A DNA stretch of 64,000 nt from the human T2T-CHM13v2.0 reference genome, Homo sapiens (GCF_009914755.1 NC_060934.1), one strand, 5' to 3'. Shown: positions 22,806-40,471, counted from the stretch's first letter. Made by a program: numbers and translations. Notes: generated by a model not told the origin, from the sequence alone.

Positions 22806-22999
22806 GAATTCAGCCCTTTTAGAGGAGGTCTCTGAGAAGGACTAAGTCCATATTTCCAAGCTTAATCTCTATCCTGAGGTTCAGGCCCATTTTTCCAAAT
22901 AGGTGTGGACCTCTTCATTCACCTATCCCACAAGTAATGCAAGTTACTCAGAACTAATCTCCTTCCCCCAGGGCAGCTGCCTGTCCTGGGTTTCTCATC

Positions 23000-23917
23000 T
23001 GCTAGGGTCTAAATGTTTGTGTCCTCCCAAAATCCATAGATTGAAATCCTCACCGGCAGGTGAGGGTATTAGGAGGTGTTATTAGTCAGGGTTCTCTAGA
23101 GGGACAGAAGTAAAAGGACAGATGCACATATTGAAGGGAGTTTATTAAGGAGAATTGACTCACACGATCACAGGGTGAAGTCCCATGACAGGCTGTCTGG
23201 AAGCTGAGGAGCAAGGAAGCCAGTAGTGGCTCAGTCCAAGTCCCAAAGCCTCAAAAGTAGGGAAGCTGACAGTGCAGCCTTCAGTCTGTGGCCAAAAGCC
23301 TGAGAGCCCCCAGCAAACCACTGCAGTAAGTCCTAGAGTCCAAGGGCCGAAGAACTTGGAGTCTGATGTTCAAGGGCAGGAAGCATCCAGCACAGGAGAA
23401 AGATGAAGGCTGGAAGACTCAGCAAGTCTGCCCTTCCACCTTCTTCTGTCTGCTTTTTCTAGCCTCACTGGCAACCAACTGGATGGTGCCCACCCAGATT
23501 GAGGGTGGGCCTGCCTCTCCCAGTCCACTGAAGCAAATCTTAATATCCTCTGGCAACCCACTCACAGACATACCCAGAAACAATATTTTGCATCCTTCAA
23601 TCTGATCAAGTTGACACTCAATATTAGCCATCACAGGAGGTGAAGCCTTTTGGGGGGTGATTAGGTCATGAGAGGAGAGCCCTCACAAATGAGATTAGTG
23701 CCCTCATGAAAGAGACCCCAGAGAGCTGCATCAACCCTTCCACCACATGAGGACACTGCAAGATGATGTCTATGAACCAGGAGGCAGGCCCTCACCAGAC
23801 ACTGCCAGTGCCTTGATCTTGGACTTCCCAGCCTCCAGAACTGTGAGAAATCAATTTCTATTTATAAGCCACTCTGTTTATGGTATTTTGTTATAACAGC
23901 CAGGATGGACAAAAACA
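23000..23917 (+). mobile_element. MLT1A-like MaLR LTR split by MLT2A
   Basis: TGCTAGGGTCTAAATGTTTGTGTCC start; ...GGACTTCCCAGCCTCCAGAACTGTGAGAAA...TGGTATTTTGTTATA 3' part. Confidence 0.8.
23077..23635 (-). mobile_element. MLT2A-like (ERVL) LTR
   Basis: Minus strand starts TGTGATGGCTAATATTGAGTGTCAACTTG; 5-bp TSD GGAGG at 23072-23076 and 23636-23640. Confidence 0.85.
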
Positions 23918-25447
23918 CCATCTCAGCTAATACTGCTACCCTCCATTCAGTCGCCCAACGCAGAAATGTTCGCCTTCAACAACTCCCTTCATCTCCTCAG
24001 GTACATCTCATCATCCTAAAGTTCTCTCCCCTCCATCTGCATAAAAGCTTCCAAGCATAACCCCTTTTAAATAACAGAGTCAAATACATAACCTTTTTTG
24101 GTAGCCAAGATGGAAGTTCCCTAAGTGTCTGATTTCAAGCTTACTGAGAAAAGCCCAATCCAAAAAAAAAAAAAAAAAAATTCCTCCTTGCTGGCAGATC
24201 CCTGAAATCCCTTTGGCAGACAAGGTTTTTATTGCAGAATTAGAAATAATCCTAAATGCCAGAGGCTCTGGAAAGATGCCACCTGAAATTGAAAGGACAC
24301 CAAAGTGTCAATGTTGTGTCATACAGCCTTGCAGTGAAAAGGGCTGATGGTGGGAGGAGAGGGGAGGGTGGCAGATAAGAGCAAAGAAGAAAGAGTGCAG
24401 GGTGCAGATAGCTGCAGCAAAGGTGGTGGAGGCGGGCACACTGTGAACATACAAAGAAAGTTCGCTTGAGCCAACCAAGCCAGAATCAACTAAAATATAC
24501 TTTTGTGCTGAAGGTGAATTAAACAATTCGTGAGTATGGGAACCAAGGTAGACAGGAAATCATTTTATAAAAAGATTCACAGAGACTCTTCTCTTGTTTC
24601 TATAATAAACAGAATGGAGCCACTTCCCAGAATTATAATAAGACACAGTGAATGGGAAAGTTCTAAATTTATGTAAGATCAGCTTTTGAAGTCTCTGAAA
24701 TCGTTGCAATGGGAAATACTGCCTAAGTGCTTCCAAGTTCACTAACAGATCTTCCTCTAGGAGTTTTCACAGCCAACCCTTCAAAACTTGGCCACCTTTG
24801 CCATAATAGTCCATGAATATCCAATTGTCTCTGCAAGAAGTCTGTTATGACTGGGATTTCTTTCTGCCTCCCTTGGGTCAGATCAAATTAACTTGGTAAG
24901 AATTGCTTTCTGTAAAGCTAACTCACATTGGAGTAACCCCCGTGTGACCTAAGGCATCTTCTCCCCTGGCTCCCAGTAGATTCAGAAAAAGGAATGGATG
25001 AGGTCAGGAATAACACAGGGGTGACCAGTTGCAAAATTTAAAGATATAGCAGCTGGAGAAGTGAACCATAGGCCTTAGGAAAGAAAGAAGCAAAATGTTG
25101 CTGGCATCCAGCTGTGCAGATCTGATGAGATCAGCCGCCCAGAAATCTGTGTTACTGCTCCAGAAGACAATGCAATGTGCCTACAAATTTAATGACTGTC
25201 TCCTGGCCTATAACAGGGGAGCAGGAACTCTGCCCGCAAAGCCGAAAAGGGTCAAGGCAACCTGGTGAGAGAAATGTTGACTTTTCGTGGGTATAAAAGG
25301 CACAGACAATCTAGCTAAGGCAGGTGTATTGTGATCTAGTGGAAAGTCATGTATGAACCCCTCACCTTTTTTTTTTTTTTTTTTTTCAAAAACAAAGGAG
25401 TTACTGACTTTTCAAACCGCAAAATCATTTATGACAATTTAACCAGC

Positions 25448-25811
25448 TGTATTAGTCTGTTTAGATGCTGCTGATAAAGATATACCTGATACTGGGTGAT
25501 TTATAAAGAAAAAGAGGTTTAATGGACTCACAGTTCCACGTGGCTGGGGAGGCCTCACAATCATAGCGGAAGGCGAAAAGCACATCTTACATGGCGGCAG
25601 GCAAGAGAGAGAATGAGAACCAAGTGAAAGGGGTTTCCCCTTATAAAACCATCACATCTCGTGAGACTTATTCACTACCATGAGAACAGTATGGAGGAAA
25701 ACACCCCCATGATTCAATTATCTCCCACCAGGTCCCTCCCACAACACACGGGAATTATGGAAGCTACAATTCAAGATGAGATTTGGGTGGGGACACAGCC
25801 AAACCATATCA
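25448..25811 (-). mobile_element. THE1 (THE1C-like) MaLR solo LTR
   Basis: Minus strand starts TGATATGGTTTGGCTGTGTCCCCACCC; TSD CCAGC at 25443-25447 and 25812-25816. Confidence 0.9.
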
Positions 25812-26582
25812 CCAGCCAAGTATTAAGTCAACCTCTACAGAAGGAAGAGGCTTAAATTCAAATTAATTTGGCATCTACTAAAATTGTATACCAAATATAA
25901 GAAATGAAAAACAAATTCTAATTTTTTTCAAGCTGGAGAGAAGCTAAGAGGTTATCTATCTTAGCCCCTGACTTCCCTCACTGATGAAGAGGTCAAGGCC
26001 TAGGGGTGAGTTCTCAGGTAGGGCCGAGGTAGCCTGATACCCAGGTCTCTGTGTCCTCCCTCACTCCACCATGCACTTTTTCAGAGAAGTGAGACACCTT
26101 AGTTTGGAAAAAAAATAAGTGAGATGGAAAAAAGACAAATCACTTGTACTTTCCTACTACTGATCAATTACTTAATCCAAAGAAGTTAAAACTATGTCTA
26201 AAATTAGACAGCCAGGCCATTTTTCACTCCTCAGGCATGCAAAGAAGATAATGATAGTATTTTTCAGACAATGACGAGGAACTGTGGTGCATTACAGTGA
26301 TTATTTTCCCAAATCACCAGCTCTGGCTAATTAATACTTAAACAGAAAATTTTGCTAAAGGAACTCATGACAGTTTTGTAGCAAAACAAGGAAGCAAAGA
26401 CTTAACATTTCATCTGTGCTGTGCTTTGATTTGGTACAAAAGGCGGCAGGGATTAGACAGGTTCTAATGGGACAGGCATAGGAAGTAATTAATAAGCAGC
26501 ATTCTTATCTATTATTTACAGAGGGCCAACCATAACCTAAGGGGTAAATACCTGGCTCTTTCCCAGTGAGTTTACTTTTCAA

Positions 26583-26885
<303 letters not shown>

Positions 26886-26887
26886 TA

Positions 26888-27361
<474 letters not shown>

Positions 27362-27693
27362 TCAACCATACACCTTGCTTCTCATACAGGGAGTTGCTTT
27401 CATGCTGGATTTCAGGGAAAGGAAAGCAACCTATTAGAGGCATAGACACGCACCTGTTTGAGTCTCTGTTTTCAGTTCTTTGGAGTGTACACCTAGAAGT
27501 GGAATTGCTGGGTCATATCATAACTCTCTGTTTAACTTTCCAAGGAACTCATCCTCGGAATATTTGGAACCAGTGATGAACTGAATCAAACTAAAGCTGA
27601 GACAAAGTCCAGACCAAGGTCAACCATAGGGCAGATGATTCATGCAGCGACCACACCAGTGGCCTCACAGGAGCAGGGGCACACCCTTTGCTG

Positions 27694-28034
27694 CAGCAGT
27701 CCCCAACATTTTTGACACCAGGAACTGGTTTCATGGAAGACAATTTTTCCATGGATGGTGGTGGGTGGGGGGGTGGTTTTGGGATGAAATGGGTCCACCT
27801 CAGATCATCAGGCATTAGAGTCTCATAAGAAGCACGCAACCTAGATCCCTTGCATGTTCTGTTGACAATAGGGTTCGCGCTCCTATGAAAATCTAATGCA
27901 GCTGCTGATCTGACAAGAGGCGGAGCTTAGGCCATAATGCTCACCCACCCGTTGCTCACCTCCTGCTGTTCGGTCTAGTTCCTGAGAGGCCACAGGCCAG
28001 TACTGGTTCACCACCCGGGGTTTGGGGACCCCTG
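27694..28034 (-). mobile_element. MER1B hAT-Charlie DNA transposon
   Basis: Terminal inverted repeats CAGCAGTCCCCAA / TTGGGGACCCCTG; about 340 bp. Confidence 0.85.
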
Positions 28035-28419
28035 CTTTATTGGACATAATTATTAGGTCGTGTTCTTTTTGGTGGTGTTTGTACAGCTCTATTGAGGTAT
28101 AATCCACATGCCATAAAATTCACCCCATTTGTAAATGTATGATTCATGGCTTTCAATTACACTTAAAAAGTTGTAAAACCATCATTACAATTCAGATTTA
28201 GTATATTTCCATCATCCCCCAAAAATCCCCTCGAGTTCCTTTGCAGTTCAAAGCCACCCCCAATTTCAGGCAACTACTGGTCTGATTTCTGTCTTTTTCT
28301 ACTTTCCTTTTCTGGACATTTAATGTATATGGAGTCATAGCATATGTAGTCTTTGGCATCTGGGGTAGCAAGTACGAATATTAGTCTACCACCTCAGATG
28401 CACATAAAAATATTACATA

Positions 28420-28805
28420 TCTTTTCTTTTCTTTTCCTTCCTTCCTTCCTTCCCTCCTTCCTTTCTCTCTCTCCTTCCTTCCTTCCCTCCTTCTTACCTT
28501 TCTTCCTTCTCTCTCTCTCTCTCTTTCTTTCTTTTTGGACAGAGTCTCACTCCATGGCCCAGGCTGGAGTGCAGTGGCACCATCTTGGCTCAGCGCAACC
28601 TCTGACTCCCAGGCTCAAGCAATTCTCCTGCCTCAGCCTCTCAAGTAGCTGAGATTACAGGCACGCACCACTACTGCCTGGCTAATTTTTATATTTTTAG
28701 TAGAGATAGGGTTTCACCATGTTAGCCAGGCTGGTCTTGAACTCCTGACCTCAAACGATCCTCCCAAAGTGCTGGGATTACAGGCGTGAGCCACCGCCCT
28801 GGGCC
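28420..28805 (-). mobile_element. Alu with long (CCTT/CT)n tail, next to L1M fragments
   Basis: Pyrimidine microsatellite followed by reverse-complement Alu. Confidence 0.9.
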
Positions 28806-29759
28806 TCTTTACTTTCTTTAAACCCAGTTCTGCAGGGGTGTACGGAAACCTATTTTCGGGCACCACTGGGGTCTGGAGAGGGGAGGTCTCCTTCCCTACG
28901 GCCATGCAAAACTCCAGGAGGGCTTTTGGTACCCATTGAAGTAAGGGCCATTTATTTTTCAGCCCAGCAACATTGCCACTGATACCCTCATTATCAAATG
29001 GTTCTTCTAGGGAACAGTCTCTGCTGTTTCCAATGACAAGCCTGGGCAGCAGAATCTGCGGGAGGTTCCCAAAGTCCAGTAGGTGCATCCCAAGAGCTTG
29101 CTGTCTGTCTGGGTGCTGCAGGGACTGAGGCTTGAGTCCTTGATGCTCATAAGACCACCATCCCACTCCTCCTCCCAATCTGGGGGCGGGGGAGTCACTC
29201 CTCCCTCCAACTGTTGTGAAAGCCTCCACCCCACCCAGCTCTGGCTCTTCCTCCAGGACATCTGGGGTAGATCATGGATGTATTGAGATCAGGCTTTCTC
29301 AAAAGACAAGAAGAAAGGCTGTACTTCTAAGAGCTGTTGCCAGGAGTCCAGCCAACGCTCCTGAAGGTAGGAAGCCCAAAGGGACTCGTTGCTAACTCCA
29401 AACAGAGGAGATTGGGGTGGAAAGGGAACACAAGGAACATCAAACCCAGATTAGGATCTCACTAAAAACCTTCCCACACTGCTCTACATTTACCCACCAC
29501 AAAACCACATCAACAAATCAGCTAAGAGCATGCTATTATTTCAGTTTTTTCGCTGCATTTAGATTCCATCTACCCATGGAAGTGTGCAGGAAGATGGAGT
29601 CACCAAACGGGATGATCCAGGCTAAGAAACAGAACCGGCTCTAACACAAGCAACAGCAACAAACACCATGAGCCAGGCGTTCTTCTAGGTGTTGAAGACG
29701 TATTTCCTCTTTAATCTTCTCAGCATCCTTAGGTGAGGGCTGTGGGTCCAGAGGCCTTA

Positions 29760-30149
<390 letters not shown>

Positions 30150-30623
30150 TCACATAACACCCTGACACTGTCTGACGCAGTTCTCCTATCAACTATTCGA
30201 TTTTCCTTCACAAAACAAATTTAAAAATCACATCAAGGGATCTAAATAAAGACTGTAAATAGCTTTCCATCAGTTGGGTCTGGTCAGAAAAGAGGTTTGG
30301 TCCTTAGAACTTTCTGGATTTGGGAGTGTACTATACTCCCCATTTTACAGATAAAGGGAATGAGGAAGGGTAAGATGAAGTAACTTGGTCAAGGTCCTAC
30401 AGCTAAGAAGTGGTTGTCGGGGGAGTGTGTGTGCATGTGTGTGTGCAGTGCTTCAGGGCACCCCCCACCCCGACCCCACCACTGAGAGCAAGGAATCAGG
30501 AGAAAACAACTTTGACTGCTTTCTGTACCAGAAACTCACCTCGAGCCTCCCACACCAAAGCCATGGGCAGCTTGTGGGTGACCTTCTTCTCTTGGCTCTG
30601 AGTTTCACTGATGCTCATTTTAA

Positions 30624-30950
<327 letters not shown>

Positions 30951-31024
30951 TAGATAAACAAAAATTAGAGATCGTCATTCCATTTCTCTCTGTATATATT
31001 TTTCCAAGCCCTTTTCATGAATGA

Positions 31025-31354
<330 letters not shown>

Positions 31355-31680
31355 TGATATAAAAAGAATTTTTTTTAATTCTCTATTTCTCCCCACTCCC
31401 ACCCCCAGGCTCACTCCTTATAAAGCAGCCTCTAGCCTCATCTGCCCCTCCTACACCACACCAACTCGAGGGCCCGGAATTGGGTCTGGGGCAGTCGCTG
31501 ACTTGCTTGCTTCTCTGCCCTGCTCTTGGGGTTAGCCTCAGGGGCAGGGTTGAGAGTCAGGCTTGGCCAGGCAGCAGGAGGTCCAGACAGCGAAGCAGAA
31601 TCCTTCGGAGATACCAGGAGAGGGCGCATCTGCCTTTTTCCTGTTTCAGATTAGGTTTTGTTGTTGTTGTTTTGTTTTTT

Positions 31681-31780
31681 TTCTCTCCCTCTCTCCCTCC
31701 CTCCCTCTCTCCCTCCCTCTCTCCCTCTCTCCGTCCCTCCCTCTCTCTCTCTCTCCCCCTCCCTCCTTCCCTCCCTCCCA
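31681..31780. repeat. Polypyrimidine (CCCT/CT)n tract
   Basis: About 100 nt almost pure C/T. Confidence 0.9.
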
Positions 31781-32400
31781 TCCCTGCAGCGCTACCCGGG
31801 TACTCTGGATGCACATAGGGCGGCTCTCGCTCCTACCTTGTCATCCTGCTGTCTAATCCGGGGGCAGCTTCCCTCCTCCACACCAGCAGAGGCTATTCTT
31901 CAGCAACAAGAATAGCCGAGCCTATTCGTCCGCAACAAGAGCCCAAGAAGCATCCTGCAGGCTTTCTGCTTTTTGAGTGTATTTTAAAGCAAAAACGAGT
32001 GGAAAGCTATGTATGCTCAGTTAACTATGTCTAGATGTTAACCTTTTTTCAAAAAACACAGATGGAGGCCTCCCTCCGAGGATGCCTGGCATTCTCCTCT
32101 TTCTGTGGGCGGCAGCGACCCCCTGCGGCTCCAGCCTCCACTACGGGATCTGCGGGAAGACACGGGGAAGACGAACTCCGCACACTGCATTTGATTAATG
32201 ATTTATTTTGATTAACGCCGTCACAGTGACGCCTTAGAGCAGTCCCTGTTCACCCGGGTCCCAGCCTCGACCCCGCACGGACAGCGAGGGTGGGTAGCTG
32301 GGGGCGGACGCAGGAAAGAGGAGGGGCGGGGCCTTGGTCGGGTGGGGTATGGAATGGGCAGGGTGGGGGGGATGGGCGGGGTATGGGATGGGCGGGGCCC

Positions 32401-32411
32401 GGGAAATTCCC
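32401..32411 (+). promoter_or_regulatory. NF-kB site
   Basis: GGGAAATTCCC is a perfect GGGRNWYYCC match; OPTN is known to be TNF/NF-kB inducible. Confidence 0.8.
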
Positions 32412-32439
32412 CGGCGCGGGCAGGGAGCGGCTGGCTGTC

Positions 32440-32633
32440 AGCTGAGCCGCGCTGGGCGGGGTCGCCAGGCCGCGCATCAGCCCTAGGCACCCCAGTCCCG
32501 GCTGCCCCCTCCGCCACCGCCGCCGCCCGCCGGCAGGTTCCCTGGTCAGCGTCCCATCCCGGTCGGGAGTTCTCTCCAGGCAGCACGATGCCGAGGAAAC
32601 AGTGACCCTGAGCGAAGCCAAGCCGGGCGGCAG
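32440..32633 (+). other. OPTN: OPTN exon 1 (non-coding; start approximate)
   Basis: Matches recalled OPTN 5'UTR (...AGCGAAGCCAAGCCGGGCGGCAG); donor CAG|GTGAGC. Confidence 0.85.
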
Positions 32634-33203
32634 GTGAGCCAGGGCAGGGGGCTGCAGCGGTGGGCGAGGGGGCGGCGGCTCCTTCCCGGCGGGCGCTTCC
32701 GCGGCCTGAAAACGGTTCCCGCCGCCCTGCCCCGCGGCCCGGAGCCTGTCGGGGTGAGGGTGGCGAGGGGTGGGGCGGCCCTCCCGCGAGACGGCTGCCC
32801 TGGGAGGATCCCCAAGCCTCGGCGGGTCCTGACCTGGTGGGAGAGGGTGGGTAGTGAACACAGGGTGGGCCCAAGAAGGGTCCAGGGCCGGCCTCTTGGC
32901 CGCAGGTAACCCCTCTACAAGTCACCCAGAGACTTGGAGGTGACGTCCTCCCGCAGGCTGGGAAGGATTCCGCAGCCAGTTCCTCGCCATAAGGAGGTGG
33001 TTACAGACACGCCTGTGGGAGACATGGGACCACTACCCGAGCTGAATGAGGTGCCCAGGGTCGGTGGGAATCCACATAGACTGCTGTGTCTAGGAGAGTG
33101 TGTACACTCTGTATAGAGAGAATATTTGATGAGGCCGAGAACCCCAAAGGAATTGTTTTTGCCATCGAAATGCATAAGCTACAGGAAGTAAACATCGCTC
33201 AAA

Positions 33204-33308
33204 GAAAATGAAACCCAGGTTCCGACCTGGCCTCCACCAGCAGGAAAACTGTTGTATGGAAATGTACACCAAGGAACTGTTTGTAAGGATGAAATGGAAA
33301 ATGAAAGC
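33204..33308 (+). promoter_or_regulatory. Two IRF elements (IRF-E/ISRE-like) in intron 1
   Basis: GAAAATGAAACC (33204-33215) and GAAAATGAAAGC (33297-33308); OPTN is interferon-gamma inducible. Confidence 0.65.
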
Positions 33309-34987
33309 ATAGAAAAGTAAGGCAATGTGAGGACCTCAGAAGCCTTTGGATCTGGTTAGCAAGGTGCAGGCTGTGTGAACAGAAGAACCCACCTTGCTCT
33401 TTTGACCCAGGGAGAGAAGAGTTAGTGGTGCCAGGCTGCCTCCCAGGACAGGCCCAGTTTTGGGGCGGGGGCTGGAGAAGTCCCAGGGCAGACCCCAAGG
33501 CCAGGGATTGCCCTGGAGTGGACAAGGCAAGTTTAAATGTGACCTGTAGACAGAGGACGATCATTGATTTAAGTCCTGGCATAATTCATCTGTTTTTCCA
33601 CTGGGCCAATTTTAGGCGTTCTTTATATATTACGTACAACACAATAAAAGTAACAGCTTCTTTTTTTATAAACTAACCTTTAGGTTGCATATTATGCTAG
33701 GAATATAACTAACCTAACCTCCACCCCCCCACTCCCCCACCCACCCCCGGAAAACCAAACTTTATTCTCGAGGGCAACTGGACACTGTATTATGTCCTGC
33801 CGAACCCCCGCCCTTACTTAGGTAGAGGCGCATAAGTATTCTGGCCATGAAATACACCTTCTGTTTTATAGAGATTTGGCATATTTGATATATGTTCTTT
33901 GGAATTTATGAAATAGAAAACCCAAAGGAAAAAGAAAAAAATTAAACTTTTTTTTAAAAAAATATTTCATTTAGAAAGAAAAAATTAAAAGTTTTTGTTA
34001 TTTCCACTTTGACATGTGTATGAGGAGTATTAGAATCTGTGTTATGAAGTGATACCCAGATGGCTTTGCAGTGACAGAAAACACTTCTAATTTTTCAAAT
34101 AAGTTAGAAAGGAGGATTTTGAGAATCTGGAAGTGAATGCCGTGGAACTGTGGAGAAACTCCTAACAATACTGGCATGCTGAGTTTGTCACCTACACAGC
34201 AGAAAGCATTTTACAGGTATTAGACTTAAAAATACCTCATTATGCTATATTTTCATTTCATTTCAACCAACATTTACTGCAAGCCTGCTATGTGCCAGTC
34301 TCTAGTAAGAATAACATGGAGAGAAAATAGACGGGCAGACGATAGCAGTAATTTCAGAATGGGTGGAGGAGGTGGAAATGCAGAGTGTTCTTGGGTGCTC
34401 GGAGTAGGGAACAGTTCATATGACACAGGACATCATATTTAAGCTGGACATTGATCTGTCCAGTGGAAGTTTGCCAGGACACAAGGGGAGCCAGACATTT
34501 CGGGCAGAGGGCAGAAGGGAGGCAAGGACGCAGAGACAGAAGAATGCAGGGAACCGTGAGCTCTTTAACGTGCCTTGGGTACGAGTGTTTTGGTGGCAGG
34601 AGGTGACTCTGGTGGGTCAGTTGGGCCTGGGCCCTGAAAGGCCACGTTTGTCTTGTTAAGAAACTGAAAGTCTGTCGTGTATGGGAAGGGTGGACTCAGG
34701 GGAATGACCTCATATTGCAAAAGAAACCATGAGGGCAAGAGGACTGAAATTGACAGGGCTGAAAGCCAGTCATTTAGGAGGCTGTTAAAATGTATTCAAC
34801 AGATATTTACCGAGTCCTGCCTTCTATGTGGCAAGTAATGTTCTCAGTCCTGGGGATACAGCAGTGGACAAAATAGGCAGAACCCCTGTCCTTTGTGGAG
34901 GTCAACATGGCTGTGGTACAGACAAGATAAGGGCCTGAACTAAGCCTGTGGGGATGGAGAGGAGGCAGTGGATTTTAGAAACACTTA

Positions 34988-35305
<318 letters not shown>

Positions 35306-36526
35306 TTAGGAGGTAGAGGTGATGGCATTTGGTGACCCATTAGACTTGGGGAAAAGGGGGCTGGGAAGAATCAAGCCTTACTCCCAGGTTCCTGCCTTGG
35401 GGAGCTAGGTTAAAGCTGCTGCCATTTTCTGTATATTACTAAAATACGAAGTCACAATATCCCTTCTAGTGTGTAATGACGAGGCTGCTTTTACCCCATT
35501 AGTAGGATGCATACTCTAAGTTCTTTTTCCAAGGTGGGAAGGGTTTAGTCAATGCAATGTTAGAATCTTACCCCCCTTGTGAACCCAAACTCTTCATAGC
35601 ATTTGCCAGTAGCCAACTCTTGTCTCTGGTCAAAAAGCAAGTTTTCACTGTTTAAAACTCATTTATCCCATGTAGGGATTGAACCTACGAATACTTCATT
35701 AGCAAATTTGAAGACTTGGCCATACCAGGGCAAGGGCCTAACCTTATACTATGTGCAGTGTCCACTGGGGGGAAGTCAGTGTAAGGCAGGTACCATTTGA
35801 CACATTATGACTTTCTGACCACTAGAGCCATCCCACAGTGGAACAGACAGTGCCTGCTAAGGTCACTGCACTCGTGCTCTGTCATTGAAATACTCAAGCC
35901 TGCTCTATAGGATCATGTGCCATCGAAACCAGACAAGACATTCTTGCATTGAATATATTGGTCTGGATCATTTCTAAGGCCAACTCAGCAATCAGATGTA
36001 TGCTCGTGTTTACAAGGTCAGGTCATTACTAGAATTACTTGATCTCTGGAATTTAAATGTATATACACACACATGCACACACAGACACACACACACACAC
36101 ACACAATCAGGAATTGAGATAGCAGATCTGGGAATAAAATCTAGGGGACTTGCTTTTGGCCATCCATCTACTAGGCAGTCCTCAGTCTTCCTCATTGGTG
36201 GAATCTTGACAAATCCTGTGCTCAATTAATTCATCCTTCCATCATTAAATATCACTTTTGCCTAGAAATAACATACTTCACATCTAGGTCAGTTGATTAT
36301 GGGAAACTCTGTTATTTGATAGAATCTTAGAATAAATGGCTTAGTTCCAATTTCTGTAACCTTCGAAGACATGTGCAAGGATATGTAATGTATCTCTGTC
36401 TTTCCTCAGTTGAATGTAGCTCAAGGTGATGTTAAAAACAGAGAATGAAGCTTTCTGTAACTGGCATTCCACCGACAGATATTTCATATGTGCACTGCAC
36501 AGTGATAGCTCATAGTGATGTCCTAA

Positions 36527-37432
<906 letters not shown>

Positions 37433-37960
37433 ATCAATTAAATTACTTTTAGTAAAATTTTGGTATTAAGTATTTACATGCTTATATTTACCGTTTATGC
37501 TAACTTCTTATGTTTGATGACATTTGAATTACAAAATATTTTTTCTAACAATACACAATATCACAGAATTTGCTGTCATTAGGACAGGTATAGCTATTCA
37601 TGAGAGTGACTGGCCTGCCCGTGATACTTGGTGTATATGCATTGAAGGGTGGGGTTTAGATTGTGGTCTTTCTAGAAACTAAAGAATATTTTTCACAGAG
37701 TTCATAAGGATTATCATTTGCTGGATGAGTCAATAAATACCACTAGAGGTCATGTGACTTCCCAAGGCCACACATCTGGCTAATGGTACAAATGTTTTTT
37801 TCTGTGGCCTCCCTTAGCACGACCCCACTTTTTTCCTCGTATGCTTATAAAATCCGGGCAATGTGAGAAGTCAGAAACACTGATGTAACAACTAGAACCA
37901 GTTTTAACTTTATTATGGTGGTATCTGTAGGCTTGGTGGAGGCATAAAAGGTCATGGAGG

Positions 37961-38258
<298 letters not shown>

Positions 38259-39383
38259 TCATTGAGGAAAAAAATCTTAACAGTTTTCAAAGAAACGTCT
38301 CTCTCTTTTCTTCCCTCTCTTCTCCCCTCCCCTTCCTTTCATTTTCAGAAAAAAAGGAGAAATTTGTGCATATAATAAGATGAAACCAAACACATTTCTA
38401 AAAATCTGCTTAGATCCTTTCTTTAAAAAAATCTGTTGAATATTTTCATGGCCTTTGCAAAATATAGTATAATCACTGAATACCTAAGAAAAATTAACTG
38501 TTGGCAAGTAAATGATACAGATGACAAGGATTTTCTCTTTTAGGTCTATTACCTAGAATTTTAGTATTCCTCTGCAAATTAGGTAGGAACACTGTTACTC
38601 GGTAAAACCCTATTTTAATGAGATGATTCTGGGTACAAAAAAATGAATTTTACAGAAAATTAGAAACTGATGGTCTATTCAGATTATTTTTGTGAGAAGA
38701 AGAGCAGTCTGTTCTAGTCACCTAATGCTAAGCTATGGAACACTTCTGCATTATACCTGTTTTCTAAGTGAATTTGGGTGTGTGACACATAGATACAAAA
38801 GGTTCAAAAATGAATCCTATGGTTTATCAGTGTTTTCTGCTTCGTAAGATTGCCATCACCCTCATTACATGACTACATGAGAATGCCCCTCTTGGTACTA
38901 GCTCTTGTAGGAAGAAGTGGCACAGGCTGTACTGTCACAGGGTGTGGTAGGTAGCTCTGTCTCTGATTACCTACAAGTTCCTCACACCAAAAGGAGGTTA
39001 CCAGGTATTGCTTCCAGAAGATCTACAGAAAGCCCAAGGTATTGCCTCCTGTGGCCAAGGACGCAACACCACAGTGGTGCATTTTGTTTTATTTTAATTG
39101 ATGGCTATTAAATGCACACATAGATATCATGACACAGTTACATGTCAGAAACAGGCAGTGCTCTTATCTCTATCTTCCAGGGACTGATATCATGTGTAAT
39201 GGATTCTTCACAACTCAGGGTTCACACAGGCTCCATAGTCATGAGTGGCTGATGGATCTCATTGAGACCAGTGCCTTTCCCCCGTTAGAAATGGGATGCT
39301 CGCTTCCAAGTTCTCTCCTCACCCCTTTTGTGCATGCGTGGCTTTCTGCCTGATCACAGTTGTATAGTGTACATTGGTGCTTA

Positions 39384-40013
<630 letters not shown>

Positions 40014-40471
40014 TCAAAAACAATCTTCTAACAGTAAACATCCTGGAAGTAAATAATATGCTTTTTCAGGCATGTCTCTGGACTTTGGCCATTCTTGACC
40101 TTTGTAGAATGCGTGTGTGGGCCATGTGTACACAGCGTCAGCGGGGAGGAGTTGCCTTTGCTATGTATTGCTTTATAATCTATCCCCATCAGCTCTTGAA
40201 GAAAATACATCATTTTCACCAAGTGTGAAGGTGGAAATTTGTGCTGAAACATGTTTGCCTGGGTGGTTGGTAACACAGAAGCAGAGTGGGGATTTACTCA
40301 TTGGTCTTGCATTTCTATGTCCACATGGATGCCTCTACAAAACAAAATGATATGTGTAAAAAAATTTCAGACCATGCAATACCTAAAGATATCTTAGTCT
40401 TTTCAGTATGCATTGAAAAATAGACTATTAAAGCCTAAGTACTCAGTAATATAACTTTGTTGTTTTACAAG

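Larger units (their letters stand above)
32100..33000. promoter_or_regulatory. OPTN: CpG-island promoter of OPTN (probably bidirectional with CCDC3); multiple GC boxes
   Basis: Very high GC and CpG density; GGGGCGGGG and TGGGCGGGG Sp1 boxes at 32324-32397; no TATA box. Confidence 0.9.

Noticed and set aside
25710-25720. DUX4 motif TAATTGAATCA in THE1
   Set aside because: Standard feature of THE1 LTRs; nothing locus-specific
32220-32230. GTCACAGTGAC palindrome as a TFEB CLEAR site
   Set aside because: The extra central base destroys the CACGTG E-box
32221-32925. 234-aa and 203-aa minus-strand ORFs over the promoter
   Set aside because: Pro/Gly/Arg-rich, stop-poor CpG-island frames with no recognisable domain
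35660-35705. tRNA-like fragment (TCCCATGTAGGGATTGAACCTACGA...TTAGCA)
   Set aside because: Only a degenerate T-arm/B-box-like portion with no cloverleaf; at most an old tRNA-derived repeat
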